Positions 1-13,116 of a stretch of DNA of 64,000 nucleotides are shown in pieces; position 1 is the stretch's first letter, and each line of letters starts with the position of its first letter. The position numbers and the translations under genes are program-made. The notes below the pieces were generated by a model, which was not told where the DNA came from, did no database searches, and was given only the letters and a program-made list of their open reading frames with translations. Origin of the DNA: Eledone cirrhosa (Eukaryota); the NCBI GenBank assembly GCA_964016885.1, contig OZ024750.1, positions 12,710,001-12,774,000 of the forward strand, in the 5' to 3' direction.

Positions 1-21
1 ATCATTGAATGTAATATTTAC

Positions 22-151
22 CAAAAACCTCAAGAACTGCACTTGCTGTATCACATCCAGCTGAGTTTTCAACAATACAAATGTATATTCCAGCATCAGA
101 AAGTTCAACTGCACTAATTTCTAAGTAGTTGAAATCCAATGATTGATAAAG
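22..151 (-). CDS. Exon of Ig I-set repeat protein (titin/obscurin/MLCK superfamily): C-terminal half of an Ig domain
   Basis: Minus strand ctttcacAG|...|GTaaat; reads LYQSLDFNYLEISAVELSDAGIYICIVENSAGCDTASAVLEVF with the I-set DxGxYxC..NxxG motif; phase 0 in, phase 1 out; joins exon 5580-5772 in frame. Confidence 0.93.
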
Positions 152-506
152 CTGTGAAAGTTTTGGGGAAGAAAAGAAAATAAAAAAAATAAATAAAAGT
201 TACAAACTAAATTAAACTATCAGAAAGGAAGGTAGTGAATAATTTGGAAATAAAAACATACAAAGTAGTAACTCCATTGAATATTTTGGTTGTGGGTAAA
301 ATTGGATTGAATAGTAAATATAGGTTTCCATTTATTTTGTGCATGAATATATAAAATGAATGAAAATTAAATTAAAAAAGATAAAAGAAAAAACGTTAAT
401 CAAAAGAGGAATGAATCTATGCCTTCTTTTATTGACATTTTGGTGTATTTACAGCTATATTATAATTCCTCATCCAACACTGCCAATTTCCTCCACAAAA
501 TAAATA

Positions 507-786
507 TGAAACCGGTGTAATATTCACCCCCAAAGTGATACCGGTGTAATATTCAACCCCAAAGTGAAACCAGTGTAATATTGACCCCCAAAGTGAAACT
601 GGTGTAATATTCACCCCCAAAGTGAAACTGGTGTAATATTCACCCCCAAAGTGAAACTGGTGTAATATTGACCCCCAAAGTGAAACCAGTGTAATATTGA
701 CCCCCAAAGTGAAACTGGTGTAATATTGACCCCCAAAGTGAAACCGGTGTAATATTGACCCCCAAAGTGAAACCAGTGTAATATTC
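507..786. repeat. 29-bp minisatellite, ~9.5 copies
   Basis: Unit TGAAACYRGTGTAATATTSACCCCCAAAG repeated head to tail; explains ORFs 429..707 and 611..817. Confidence 0.95.
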
Positions 787-930
787 TCTTTCTAAGCAAA
801 AAATCTTTTAGCAACATCTTATTTACATAGAATTTTGAAGTTGGTGAAAATCAGCAAAATATTGACATCAAATATAAGCCGACACCTCCATCGATTATTT
901 TATTTGTTACATATTTCTCAGCTTATATAC

Positions 931-3173
931 AAGTATATACAGTAATTCTATCTATAAGTATATACAGTAAGTCTATATACAAGTATATACAGTAATTCTA
1001 TCTACAAGTATATACAGTAATTCTATCTACAAGTATATACAGTAATTCTATCTACAAGTATATACAGTAATTCTATCTACAAGTATATACAGTAATTCTA
1101 TCTACAAGTATATACAGTAATTCTATATACAAGTATATACAGTAATTCTATCTACAAGTATATACAGTAATTCTATCTACAAGTATATACAGTAATTCTA
1201 TCTACAAGTATATACAGTAAGTCTATCTACAAGTATATACAGTAATTCTATCTACAAGTATATACAGTAATTCTATCTACAAGTATATACAGTAATTCTA
1301 TCTACAAGTATATACAGTAATTCTATCTACAAGTATATACAGTAATTCTATCTACAAGTATATACAGTAATTCTATCTACAAGTATATACAGTAATTCTA
1401 TATACAAGTATATACAGTAATTCTATCTACAAGTATATACAGTAATTCTATCTATAAGTATATACAGTAAGTCTATATACAAGTATATACAGTAAGTCTA
1501 TATACAAGTATATACAGTAAGTCTATATACAAGTATATACAGTAATTCTATATACAAGTATATACAGTAATTCTATCTACAAGTATATACAGTAATTCTA
1601 TATACAAGTATATACAGTAATTCTATCTACAAGTATATACAGTAATTCTATATACAAGTATATACAGTAATTCTATATACAAGTATATACAGTAATTCTA
1701 TATACAAGTATATACAGTAATTCTATCTACAAGTATATACAGTAATTCTATCTACAAGTATATACAGTAATTCTATATACAAGTATATACAGTAATTCTA
1801 TCTACAAGTATATACAGTAATTCTATCTACAAGTATATACAGTAATTCTATTTACAAGTATATACAGTAATTCTATATACAAGTATATACAGTAATTCTA
1901 TCTACAAGTATATACAGTAATTCTATCTACAAGTATATACAGTAATTCTATATACAAGTATATACAGTAATTCTATATACAAGTATATACAGTAATTCTA
2001 TCTACAAGTATATACAGTAATTCTATCTACAAGTATATACAGTAATTCTATCTACAAGTATATACAGTAATTCTATCTACAAGTATATACAGTAATTCTA
2101 TCTACAAGTATATACAGTAATTCTATCTACAAGTATATACAGTAATTCTATATACAAGTATATACAGTAATTCTATCTACAAGTATATACAGTAATTCTA
2201 TCTACAAGTATATACAGTAATTCTATCTACAAGTATATACAGTAATTCTATCTACAAGTATATACAGTAATTCTATATACAAGTATATACAGTAATTCTA
2301 TATACAAGTATATACAGTAATTCTATATACAAGTATATACAGTAATTCTATCTACAAGTATATACAGTAATTCTATATACAAGTATATACAGTAATTCTA
2401 TCTACAAGTATATACAGTAATTCTATATACAAGTATATACAGTAATTCTATCTACAAGTATATACAGTAATTCTATCTACAAGTATATACAGTAATTCTA
2501 TCTACAAGTATATACAGTAATTCTATCTACAAGTATATACAGTAATTCTATCTACAAGTATATACAGTAATTCTATCTACAAGTATATACAGTAATTCTA
2601 TCTACAAGTATATACAGTAATTCTATATACAGGTATATACAGTAATTCTATCTACAAGTATATACAGTAATTCTATCTACAAGTATATACAGTAATTCTA
2701 TATACAAGTATATACAGTAATTCTATATACAAGTATATACAGTAATTCTATATACAAGTATATACAGTAATTCTATATACAAGTATATACAGTAATTCTA
2801 TATACAAGTATATACAGTAATTCTATATACAAGTATATACAGTAATTCTATATACAAGTATATACAGTAATTCTATATACAAGTATATACAGTAATTCTA
2901 TATACAAGTATATACAGTAATTCTATATACAAGTATATACAGTAATTCTATATACAAGTATATACAGTAATTCTATATACAAGTATATACAGTAATTCTA
3001 TATACAAGTATATACAGTAATTCTATATACAAGTATATACAGTAATTCTATATACAAGTATATACAGTAATTCTATATACAAGTATATACAGTAATTCTA
3101 TATACAAGTATATACAGTAATTCTATATACAAGTATATACAGTAATTCTATATACAAGTATATACAGTAATTC
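931..3173. repeat. 25-bp tandem satellite, ~90 copies
   Basis: Unit AAGTATATACAGTAATTCTAT(C/A)TAC over ~2.2 kb. Confidence 0.97.
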
Positions 3174-4981
3174 TCTGCACTAAAACTGTGAAATACAACC
3201 AAAACTGCCCTCTATAATCCACACTAAGGTCTTAAGAATATTACTCTATTCTCACAAATGAAAACAATAACAGCAAATATACGTATCATACGTATTAAAT
3301 ATATCACAAAATCATACGTCATTGCAAGTTTGTATCATTATCCTATCACAAAAGAAGTTTTGCTCTTTATTTATAATTCTCTGCACAGTCCACTCCTAGA
3401 ATAGTGGCTACAGTCTATAGGAGAGTTGAGAAAGAAAAAAAAAAGGTTTCATTCAAAAATCAGTTATGGGTTTGAATGGCATCTAAGATGCTGTACTGGA
3501 CGGTTTCATGCCACTGTTTATTACTGCTTCATATCACATCTTTGCTTAATCAAATTGGAGGTTAGTCTTTTGTAGAGAAATAACCGTTGTATTAAATTAC
3601 ATAAACCACGATACAAAATATGTTGGTGCAAGTTTGTGTCAATTGCATGTCAAAAATGCAGTTTCCCTTTTTCATACATTTGTGTGCATTGATTGAAACA
3701 TTATGAAGCACACACGCGCGCACACACACACACACGTACTTACAATAGCAGAAAGCTGCCTAGAGAGCAGTATTTCTGTTGGTTAAAAATATGGTAACAA
3801 AAGGGTTAATAACAATGTTTGCAGGTAAGGTAATAATAGAGAAAGTAGAATATCTTACATTCATGTCAAGCAGAAAAATGTGTCATTTTCCCTATTCTTC
3901 CATAAAAGTTAAGAACCACCCTACAAGTCTTTCAGATTCATGAAAAGATTTATTTAACTTGAATACTTAGTTTCAATCTTACAATGGTTAACAGAATCTT
4001 TTGTTCATACTAAGTACTTAGTAAATAGAACGTTGACAGCATACAGATCATTAAGCCAAGATGTGTGTTTTATGAGTAACTCAATCCCTTGCAGGATATA
4101 TTATAATCTAAATGAAGCTGATTAAAAAGGTGGGCGAGGGGATCAATTCATAGAGAAAGAAATGAAAGCAGTTCAGGAATTATGGTAGAGTTTCATTTTG
4201 TGCAATATTACAGAAGCTACAGTACAGCAAAACATTTTATTCTTTTGCTCAAACTCAACTTTAAATTAACAAAATCTATATTATTAAAAGTGTTCCAGAA
4301 ACGACCATCACATCATTTTTATAGGCATTATATATCCAAGACTGTAGTATTTAATCATTCCCTCTTGAGCTGAGTCAAAGACATGACAACCTCCCCAGAA
4401 CTGGTGACATACTGTGTAGAGTGCAGGAACATATGGAAGAGAGATGTAGCCCTTGGCCCATCTGAGAGGTCAGTGGCTCTGATTAAATACTGACTTGGAC
4501 TGTGTTGACCTATCCAACCCTTGCTAGCAAGGAAAACGAATATTAAATGATAATGATAGAGTGAGAAAACAAAGAATTACATTTTCTATATGGAGATCTA
4601 AATAAAAGCATTTTACAAAGTGTGGTGGGCAATTATGAAGCTAGGTATTGAAAAAAAAAACATCACTAAGATCTATATAAAGTGGATTAAAATTACTATT
4701 CACTCAGGAATTTTGGTCTTTATATAGTAGCTTCAAAGAACTTTGTTTACAGCTAAAATCTGTAAATTAGTGCCAGTGGGGAGTTTTGTATAAAAATATA
4801 CATGTTCTTATATCAGAATTAATCCGGAAATTATCAAATTTGTAAGTTAAGAAGAGAGCTTGATTCTTGAAGGTGAACGTAAATATCTTTGAGATAGAGA
4901 TCTGTGGGGATTAATAATGCCAAAGAGATACTTAGCAGGTGAGAAACAGGTGGATACAAATATTATTAAACAAACTATGCA

Positions 4982-5168
4982 GTGGATTGGCAGTATCGGT
5001 AGAGGGTCGGACGCCATGCTTTGACGTATAGAGTTACGGCCCTTGCCATTCTGAGTTCAAATCCCGCCGAGGTTAACTTTGCCTTTCATCCTTACGGGGT
5101 CGATAAAATAAAGTACCAGTAATGCACTGGGTAATTGCTGGCCTTGTGCCAAAAAGTAAAAACAATTA
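4982..5168 (+). mobile_element. SINE family A (tRNA-like head, GCCTTTCATCCTTACGGGGTCGATAAAATAAAGTACCAG body)
   Basis: A/B-box-like TGGCAGTATCGG and GAGTTCAAATCC; 20-bp TSD ATTATTAAACAAACTATGCA at 4962-4981 and 5165-5184; many copies in the window. Confidence 0.9.
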
Positions 5169-5579
5169 TTAAACAAACTATGCAAATGATGAGCATGTAA
5201 AAGATATGATATGGTATATTTCATGAGACACTTCATTTTGAAACTAACTACAGGGGTGCAGTTAATAGAAGCAGGTTAGGAGGCCTTCAGTGTGGTTAGA
5301 GGAATTGTATTATCATCTACATCGCCTGATCATACTGAGATGCCTTGTCCCGTAACTCCTGAGTGAGTCGTAGGGGTGCGGTATCAACATATGGCATTTC
5401 TAGGGCATTTTTCTAAAATCTGACAGAACCCATCTCCTCTCCAGGTCTCACCTGATTACACTAACTTTTGGTTAAAATATAAAATGTATACCAAGAAAGA
5501 TACAGATATAAAGAAAGGCTTTAGATATATTTATTTGAAAATATAACTGAAATATAAAAAGTAAAGAAAGTTGTCTTAC

Positions 5580-5772
5580 TTTATATTTTTCACATGATTC
5601 AATAACTTTGTTGTATCGTTCCCAGTGTAAGTTGCCATTTCCTTCAAATGATGCCTTAAATTTAACTGATTTACCAACATCAACAAATTGCTTTCTGGGT
5701 TTAATAATAAATTCAGGTTTTTTCTCCTGTGTTACTTTACTGGGGGTCACTGTTGAAGTTTCAACATCTGTC
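5580..5772 (-). CDS. Exon of Ig I-set repeat protein: linker plus N-terminal half of an Ig domain
   Basis: tttcccAG|G ACA GAT ... TAT AAA|GTaaga; reads TDVETSTVTPSKVTQEKKPEFIIKPRKQFVDVGKSVKFKASFEGNGNLHWERYNKVIESCEKYK (PxF strand A, core Trp); completes one Ig domain with exon 22-151. Confidence 0.92.
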
Positions 5773-7388
5773 CTGGGAAAATACATAAACAGTAAACATG
5801 TAGCTTTAAATATTCCATTCACCAACAAATACTATTCACACACACACATAAACACACATACACACACACACAAACACACCTATTTCTGTCTTTTCCACTG
5901 CTGTAACAAAAACCTCAATTCCTTGGAACTAGCTTGTCTGAAGACACCTCCATTCAGACACACTAAACTCACTTCTGCTCACCACCACCCTATATAATGT
6001 CCCACACACCACCCCTAGCAACTACACCCAGTCATTCCTCCCCACAATGTCCTCCCACTGGAATTCTCTTCCAGCTCATGTCTTTGGCTTGCAATAGTCG
6101 AGACGGAATGTTAAAAGCACCCATCTCACAGTTCTCAGAAGGCCAGTAAAGACTATGGGCACTGTCCCTTCCTTCAACACTAACAAAGAAAAAAATAAAA
6201 CTATTCCATTCCATCAGTACAATCTTCTTATATTTAATTTTGTTTTTTTAACTTCTTTTTATTTAGCAACTTCCAGTATTTCAACTTTCTCATTTTTTAA
6301 ATATTTTCCTCACGCTACTCTCTTTTCTTATTTTGTGTTGAAAGCTGTTAATTTATAGGAGTGGTTTCCTAAACAGAATCTCCTGTGTGGTATTTATATA
6401 TATATACATAGAGTCAAGGACTTGCGTCATTTGATATCAATTATAGAAATACCAGATGTACTGCACTAATTCAGAATGTAGTAACAATAGTGTGAAGTAG
6501 GCAAATTCAATTTTAAGCTAATTAATTTAAGGTTAAAAGATAGGAAGAATGAAAAGAAAATCCAAGAGATGAAATAGTAGAGATTATATGGAGTTGGCAA
6601 GCTAAGGTGTGAAAGAAGTAAATACCAATACAAGCTTAAAGATAGGAAAGATGAATAAAGAGTATACATACATTATTGAGATAACACTGTTTAGGTTACT
6701 AACAACTAATCAAAGAACAATTAGTTGTATGTTTCCTAAATATCATTAGTAGAACAAACAAAATGGCCAAGCCTATAAAACAGTAAGATAACCTCCACAT
6801 TAACCCTTTTGTTAATGACACTCTATATTTCAATTAACTAATGAAGAATTTGAAAGAATTTACTAAAGCTATTATTTCATTATTATGATAGCAGTTGTAA
6901 CATATGTTATTTCTTCTTTGCCCACTTATTTTTGAGATAGTTGTGGAGACAGAGTCCTCAAACATTCCTTCTTGTGGGTCCTGTCAGAAGCAACTGTCTC
7001 CAACTGATCCTACTGAATTCTTAAGGAGACCAGTTCTTATATAAAATTATGTTGGATTATTTCAATTCAAATAGGAACCATTTAAAATGAGTGATTTTGT
7101 TTCATAGAACCAGGGCTGATTTTTTTTTACAGGATGGTATCAAAAAGGCTAAATTACAAAGACATCATTATGTATGTAGAATTACATAATGACTGGTCTA
7201 GGTGTACAACAAATTAATTTATGACAGTAATGATACAAAACCCTAGACTGTCAGCTAACTCAATGTCTAGTGTAATTAATACAAAGATAATCACAGGAGA
7301 AGAAAACATGCTACAATGAATGCCATTCCCAAGAGAAGGGCAATCAGTGATCCAGCTAACTATTATATTACTGGCACTGACTTTATGT

Positions 7389-7480
7389 AATGGAGACAAT
7401 CATTAATGACATTCTCAAACACCTTGACTCTCTCTCTCTCCTTAATGACCACAAGTTCATCTTCAGTAAACCTAGCTCTA
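7389..7480 (+). mobile_element. Degenerate LINE (CR1/L2-like) reverse-transcriptase fragment
   Basis: METIINDILKHLDSLSLLNDHKFIFSKPSST resembles the LINE RT segment MExII...HL...LLsDxQFGFRxxRST. Confidence 0.5.
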
Positions 7481-8383
7481 CTGTAGGTCTTCAGTGGGTT
7501 CTCAGCTTAGAGAAAATATATATTCAAAGAGATTCCAATTTTTATCTAAACAGTAACAAAGTAAAGTATGAAACACTTAATAGAAAAACCTCATTTGGTC
7601 AGCTTATCAAGTAGTGATGCTAGAGCTATGAATTCTTGCATGTATTAATTTCAATTATTCTTATTAATAACTACATTGTTTCTATCCAGGGACTATGTTG
7701 AAGAGCAGAGAAAGTCGAAACAAACAATACTGTAAAGAATTCTATCGCATGTTCTAATAATTCTGCCAATACACTGCCTAGACACTGCCAAGACAGCCAA
7801 TACACTGCCTATACCAACTTATCTATTTGTAAATATATACCGTAAATAAATACACAGACCAGGACTAGAATATAAGTAGGTGATTAGTTAACCTGTAAGA
7901 GTAAGTTCAAGTCAGTAGCTAGAGATAACAGTTCCAATAGTTACTATGTAACAAACCATTCCACGTTATCTCATCGTGCTTAGGCATCAACAAACAGTTG
8001 GATTATAATAAATATTTATGATGTTAAAATGATGAGAGAACAGCAAGTTAAAAGCTGCTCTACTTTTGATATAGTTGATATAGCAGATAAATGCTGAGAG
8101 ACCTTAAAATGCAACCTGTTTCATATGATATTTCTGATACCCCAGGAAAAACACAATTTTGTTTCTTTGAAAGCTAAAGAATTATCTTTTTTTTTTAGAA
8201 AAATAAAGATTGCTTGAGGAGAGAAAATGTTAAATAATATAGTGGTTTCTGATTTAGGCACAATTTTGGAGGAGGGGAAAATCAATTAAATCGACCCAAA
8301 TATGACTGGTACTTTATTTTATCAACTCCATAAGGATAAAGCATTTTAAATAACAGCAAGATCCCTTTCTATTTTTAAATATA

Positions 8384-8594
8384 CAGGGTGTTTCAAACAA
8401 TTTGATATCATTTGGGATGTAAATATCCCAGAAGCTACAAAGTCTAGGACAAGACTGAACAGGCTAAATGTTCAGCAACATAAGATTTATTCCTCAAAAT
8501 TTGTCAACATTACAACACTAATCCATAATATATATATTAATGTGACAACCTTGGAAACAGGCCATTGATAACAAATATTTTTTGAAACACCCTG
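8384..8594. mobile_element. Tc1/mariner-type MITE
   Basis: TIRs CAGGGTGTTTCAAA ... TTTGAAACACCCTG flanked by TA on both sides. Confidence 0.8.
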
Positions 8595-10745
8595 TACATT
8601 GGCTGTTATATTTATTGAGATATGAAGAAAAATACCAATGTTTCTTAGAACAGAGTTTATCTGATTGACTATTGAAAAAAACTGATAACAATATGACTCA
8701 AAAGTATTTAAAACTACAATAAACATTGTTATACCACTGTCACTAAACTCTCAGAGAAGAAACTTTTACTGCTGCTATATCTCAAGGAAAGGAACTTAAC
8801 ATCATAAAGACTAATATATATTCAGATCAAAGAAAGAATGTCTATAATATTTAGCTATAAAATATTATCAGACATAAATGCGTGTGTATGAGAGACAAAA
8901 CAAAATCATTTCAAAAAACTTTAATTAAAAAAACATAAAACATATTTTGAAAGAAAGAAAAGACATTAAAACATGAAAATGATTCAGCAGAAAGAATATG
9001 TAAATTTTCAAGAAATGACAAACTGATGGCTGGAAATAATGTGATAAAGATATAAACTAGTGTATCTATTAATTAGTGTGTAAAGTAAATCAAATGGATA
9101 ATATAAAAGACATCTATACAGTTACAAATGGCTGCTTCCTATGAATACTTTTAAAAATGACATCATTAATTCCCCAACAAAACACAGTTAATTATTCTTT
9201 TTATTCTTCAATATATTGCATTATTCCCTCCATTTTTCTACTATCTTTAAATTCCTAAAGCAGACAATAATAAATTTCTTGCATCATTTCTTCCACTACA
9301 ATAGAAACTAATGACCAGAAAAAGAGCGCAATCAAAAGAGACAAATTGAAAGAAATTATTGAGATAGAAACACATCAAATCCCAGAACCAAAGTCAAACT
9401 GTATTTTTAATCTATATTACTGTTTACAGCCTGCATACCTTAACACAGTCTTTCCTCTTCCTAACATACATACATTCATACACCCAGCTCCATTCTTCTG
9501 ATGACCAAGTGTTGAAGCTTGTGTTTATTACACCAGCTCTGAGACAGTAATACAAAGATCAACTAAAACAAACATTCTAAGACTTTAATATTGATGTTTC
9601 CTCAGGAGCAGCTGATACATCTAATCATCTATTCTACAGGAGAAAATATCAGACAGGACATGACTTCTTTGAAAATATCTTAGAGAAGGAAATGGTGATG
9701 GAGATAAGCAGGAAATGAACCTATTTATACTTCATTTCTCATGTCCTCTTTGCCAGGAGTCATTTTGATTGATCAATCGAATCGATCGACAAGATCCCAG
9801 ACCTCATTTGCTTACCAAGGAGTAAAACTCATCAGATCGGACCAAGGAAACAATGTTTCCATTGGTGATACTATCTACTAGTCACAACTCCTGGCAGAAA
9901 GAGCAACATGAAATAAAGTATTTTGCTCAAGGACATAATGCATCACCCAGTGGAGGAATCAAACTTGCAACCTTATGATTGTGAATCCAATTCTCTAACC
10001 ACTAAGCCTCATACCTTTACAGAGTTCTTTTAAATAAAAAAAAAAATAGGCTTGTACAACCATCCTAAAACACAGGTAAATTTAATGTAATCAAATTTAA
10101 TCTGAGGCCTCTTAATTCTAAGTCTTGCTTCCAAAGCAGGAATTTCTTCTCTAAATCTTTTTCAGATTCAGTTACAAGATCTAGTTCATAGTTACCATAA
10201 ACAACCAGTCTTAAACTCCTGCATAATGAATGACCCAGAGAATTACAATAAACAGAGGAGAGGATAAACTGATGACCCCTGCATATGATATTGTCATGCT
10301 GAATCTCCCTGAGAATTGGGTACTTGTGTCTTTGGAATGCTTAGTCACCTGTTCATTTCATGAATGAGCTGTTCTGTTGATTGATCAACTGGAACACTCA
10401 CTGTTAAAACTGATAGAGGTCCATTATATATATATGTGTGTAAATGAAGTAATTCCGTCGGAAAAGTCCAGGAAAAAAAGAGTGCTCTATGTAAGTAACA
10501 GAGCTTAATAGTTATGTAATAAACAACATAAGGCAATTATTCCATTTACCAGTGGTTTCTTAAAGGCAAAAAATTTTGATTTTATTTAGAATCCAATATC
10601 AATAAATAGACCAGGATTTTTTCATGGTGATGATTGAAAGCAAAATTTTTTGCTTTTAAGAAACCACTGGTAAATGGAATAATTATGTTGTTTATTACAT
10701 AACTATATATATATATATATATATATTTATATAATGGACCTCCAA

Positions 10746-10938
10746 GGGCGGTGGATTGGCAGTATCGGTAGAGGGTCAGACGCCATGCTTTGCAGCATAG
10801 AGTTACGGCCTTTTATGATCCGAGTTCAAATCCCGCCGAGGTTAACTTTGCCTTTCATCCTTACGGGGGTCGATAAAATAAAGTACCAGTAATGCACTGG
10901 GATAATTGCTGGCCTTGTGCCAAAAGCAGAAACAATTA
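10746..10938 (+). mobile_element. SINE family A, full length
   Basis: Close copy of the 4982-5168 element starting GGGCGGTGGATTGGCAG. Confidence 0.9.
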
Positions 10939-11167
10939 TATATATATACACACACACACATATATATATGTAGAGAGAGAGGAGGAGATGAGGGGGGGGG
11001 GGGACCTAAATTTGTTTCCCTATATTCCTCATCATTGTAGTTTTCATCTCCTATACTTGAACTAATAAACCAATAAATGAGAATTGAAATATAATTTAAA
11101 ATAGGTCAAAGTAAAAGTATGTCATAATACTAACATTCAGTCAACAATCAATGACAATGTGTCATAG

Positions 11168-11503
11168 TCATCATCATCATTTTACATCCGCTTTTTCCCT
11201 GCTTGCAAGGGTGGGATGGGAACTGATTCTGGCTTGATTTCTACAGCTGGATGCCCTTCCTAACACCAACTTCATTTACAGTGAGTGCTGGGTGCTTTTT
11301 TGCCGTGGCACCTACACGTCCACTTTACAGTGGAATGATAGGACCCCAGTCCCTATCATCTCATTTCTACAGCTGAGTAAACTGGTGCAATGTGAAATAA
11401 AGTGTCTTGCTCAAGGAAACAACACATCACCCGGTCTGAGATTTGAACTCACAACATTTCGATTGCAAGGCCAATGCTCTAACCACTAAGCCATGTGCCT
11501 CCA
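11168..11503 (-). mobile_element. SINE family B (tRNA-like head, GTTTCCTTGAGCAAGACAC core, RTE-like tail ending in (GAT)n)
   Basis: Minus strand GGAGGCACATGGCTTAGTGGTTAGAGC...GAGTTCAAATC; near-identical copy at 62183-62511. Confidence 0.88.
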
Positions 11504-11514
11504 TACAATAATAA

Positions 11515-11705
11515 TAATTGTTTCTACGTTTGGCACAAGGCCAGCAATTACCCAGTGCATTACTGGTACTTTATTTTATTGACCCCGTAAGGATGAAAGG
11601 CAAAGTTAACCTCAGCGGGATTTGAACTCAGATCATAAAGGGCCGTAATTCTATGCTGCAAAACATGGCGTGCGACCATCTACCAATACTGCCAATCCAC
11701 CGCCC
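11515..11705 (-). mobile_element. SINE family A
   Basis: Reverse-complement copy of family A next to the family B copy. Confidence 0.88.
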
Positions 11706-13091
11706 TCCTATATGATAACAACAACGGCAATGCCCCAGCATGGCCTCAGCCTGTCGGCTGAAACACATAATAGAGAATAATGTTTTCTTTATAAATACAA
11801 ACAATTAAGACTAGTTCCTAACAAGGTAGATTGTTTATTGCTGTCTAGCTCTCTAGTAAATTTTCACTTTATCAACTGAAGTTGTTTATTTTATTTGAAT
11901 CTTCAACTCTTCAGAAAGTTAGTAATACATCAACTATTCAAAATAGATCTACATAGTTGGATGATACCAGAAAAGCATTTTTTTTTTAAAGGTTACATCA
12001 TCATCATTATCATCATCATCTTACGTCCGCTTTTCCCTGCTTACATACAATACAATATAATTTATGAAACAAGAATATAACAAAAAATATAAACTCAAAC
12101 ATGCATATGACTGCATGAAGTAATAAAGTAATAAAACCAGATTTAACATACCAATTTCATGCGTCACATTAAGTGATTTGTCAATTAAGATTCCTTTTGT
12201 TTTCTATTTTTCTTTTGACTACAAAATCTTACCATTTTCAAGTTATCTTTCAACTACTAAATATTTTTGTACTTTAAAATTTGACTGACAAAAATCTCTT
12301 ATTTCAAAAAGCCCTTCATAGAAAGAGAAGCATAGTTTGAAATGTCATGAACCTTTCTATTTAAATGATGAATGAAAGAGTTACAAAACAACAATTCAAT
12401 GAAGTTCATGGTGTAGGAGTGCTTCCATTCATGCATATATCATCATCATCATCATTTTATGTTGTCCACACATCTAGCTAGAGTTGGATAGGACTTCACA
12501 AACAATGTCAATATTCAAACAGAACTACTGACCTCTCAAATGGGCTGGGGACCTGCAACTTGTTTAAACACATTTCCATGCTCTACTGAAGGCATTTTAT
12601 TGTAGCACCAACACTAGGGAAGCTGTCATGTCTTCGGCACAGCTAAAGAGTCCTCCTGACAGATCTACGGCTAGATGACCTCCTTATCATCTACTTTATA
12701 GCTTGTAGTGGGTGCATTTATTGTGTAGACCAACACTAGAGTGGTTGTCATTCCTTTCAAACAACTAAAGAGTCCTTCCAACCCTTTGTTTGGCAAGTTT
12801 TCTATGACTGAATGCCTTTCCTATCACCAACCACTTTACAAAACAGTCAAAAGAGAAGAAATAAGCAATGGTGCAATATCTAATTTGACGATATAATATA
12901 CTGATTATCTTTTGGAATGAAATGCTTAGTTCACATAAATGTTATTTAAAATCTTTTTTTTTTCCAAAGTTTAACAATTTCGCTAATGAAGATAGTTAAA
13001 AACCTGTTAAAATATACGAATTAAATGTCATACAACACTAGCAATTGTAAAATAACAACTTAGCAAGAATATTTAAATATATATATCTTAC

Positions 13092-13116
13092 CTTACACTC
13101 TGCACAAGCTGATCAG
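13092..13116 (-). CDS. 25-nt microexon of the Ig-repeat gene (xDQLVQSVR)
   Basis: ttttttttaaatttcAG|CTGATCAGCTTGTGCAGAGTGTAAG|GTaaga; strong acceptor and donor; phase 1 in and phase 2 out, bridging the phase-1 upstream donors to the phase-2 acceptor at 5772. Confidence 0.82.

Noticed and set aside
507-3173. Regular arrays as a possible CRISPR
   Set aside because: Head-to-tail tandem units with no unique spacers, no cas genes, eukaryotic intron context.
4982-5075. tRNA gene
   Set aside because: A/B-box-like sequence is the head of a multi-copy SINE with TSDs, not a cloverleaf tRNA.
12232-12258. Strong minus-strand donor (ATG|GTAAGA) as a possible microexon
   Set aside because: Nearby AG acceptors give an in-frame TGA in the required phase and there is no pyrimidine tract.
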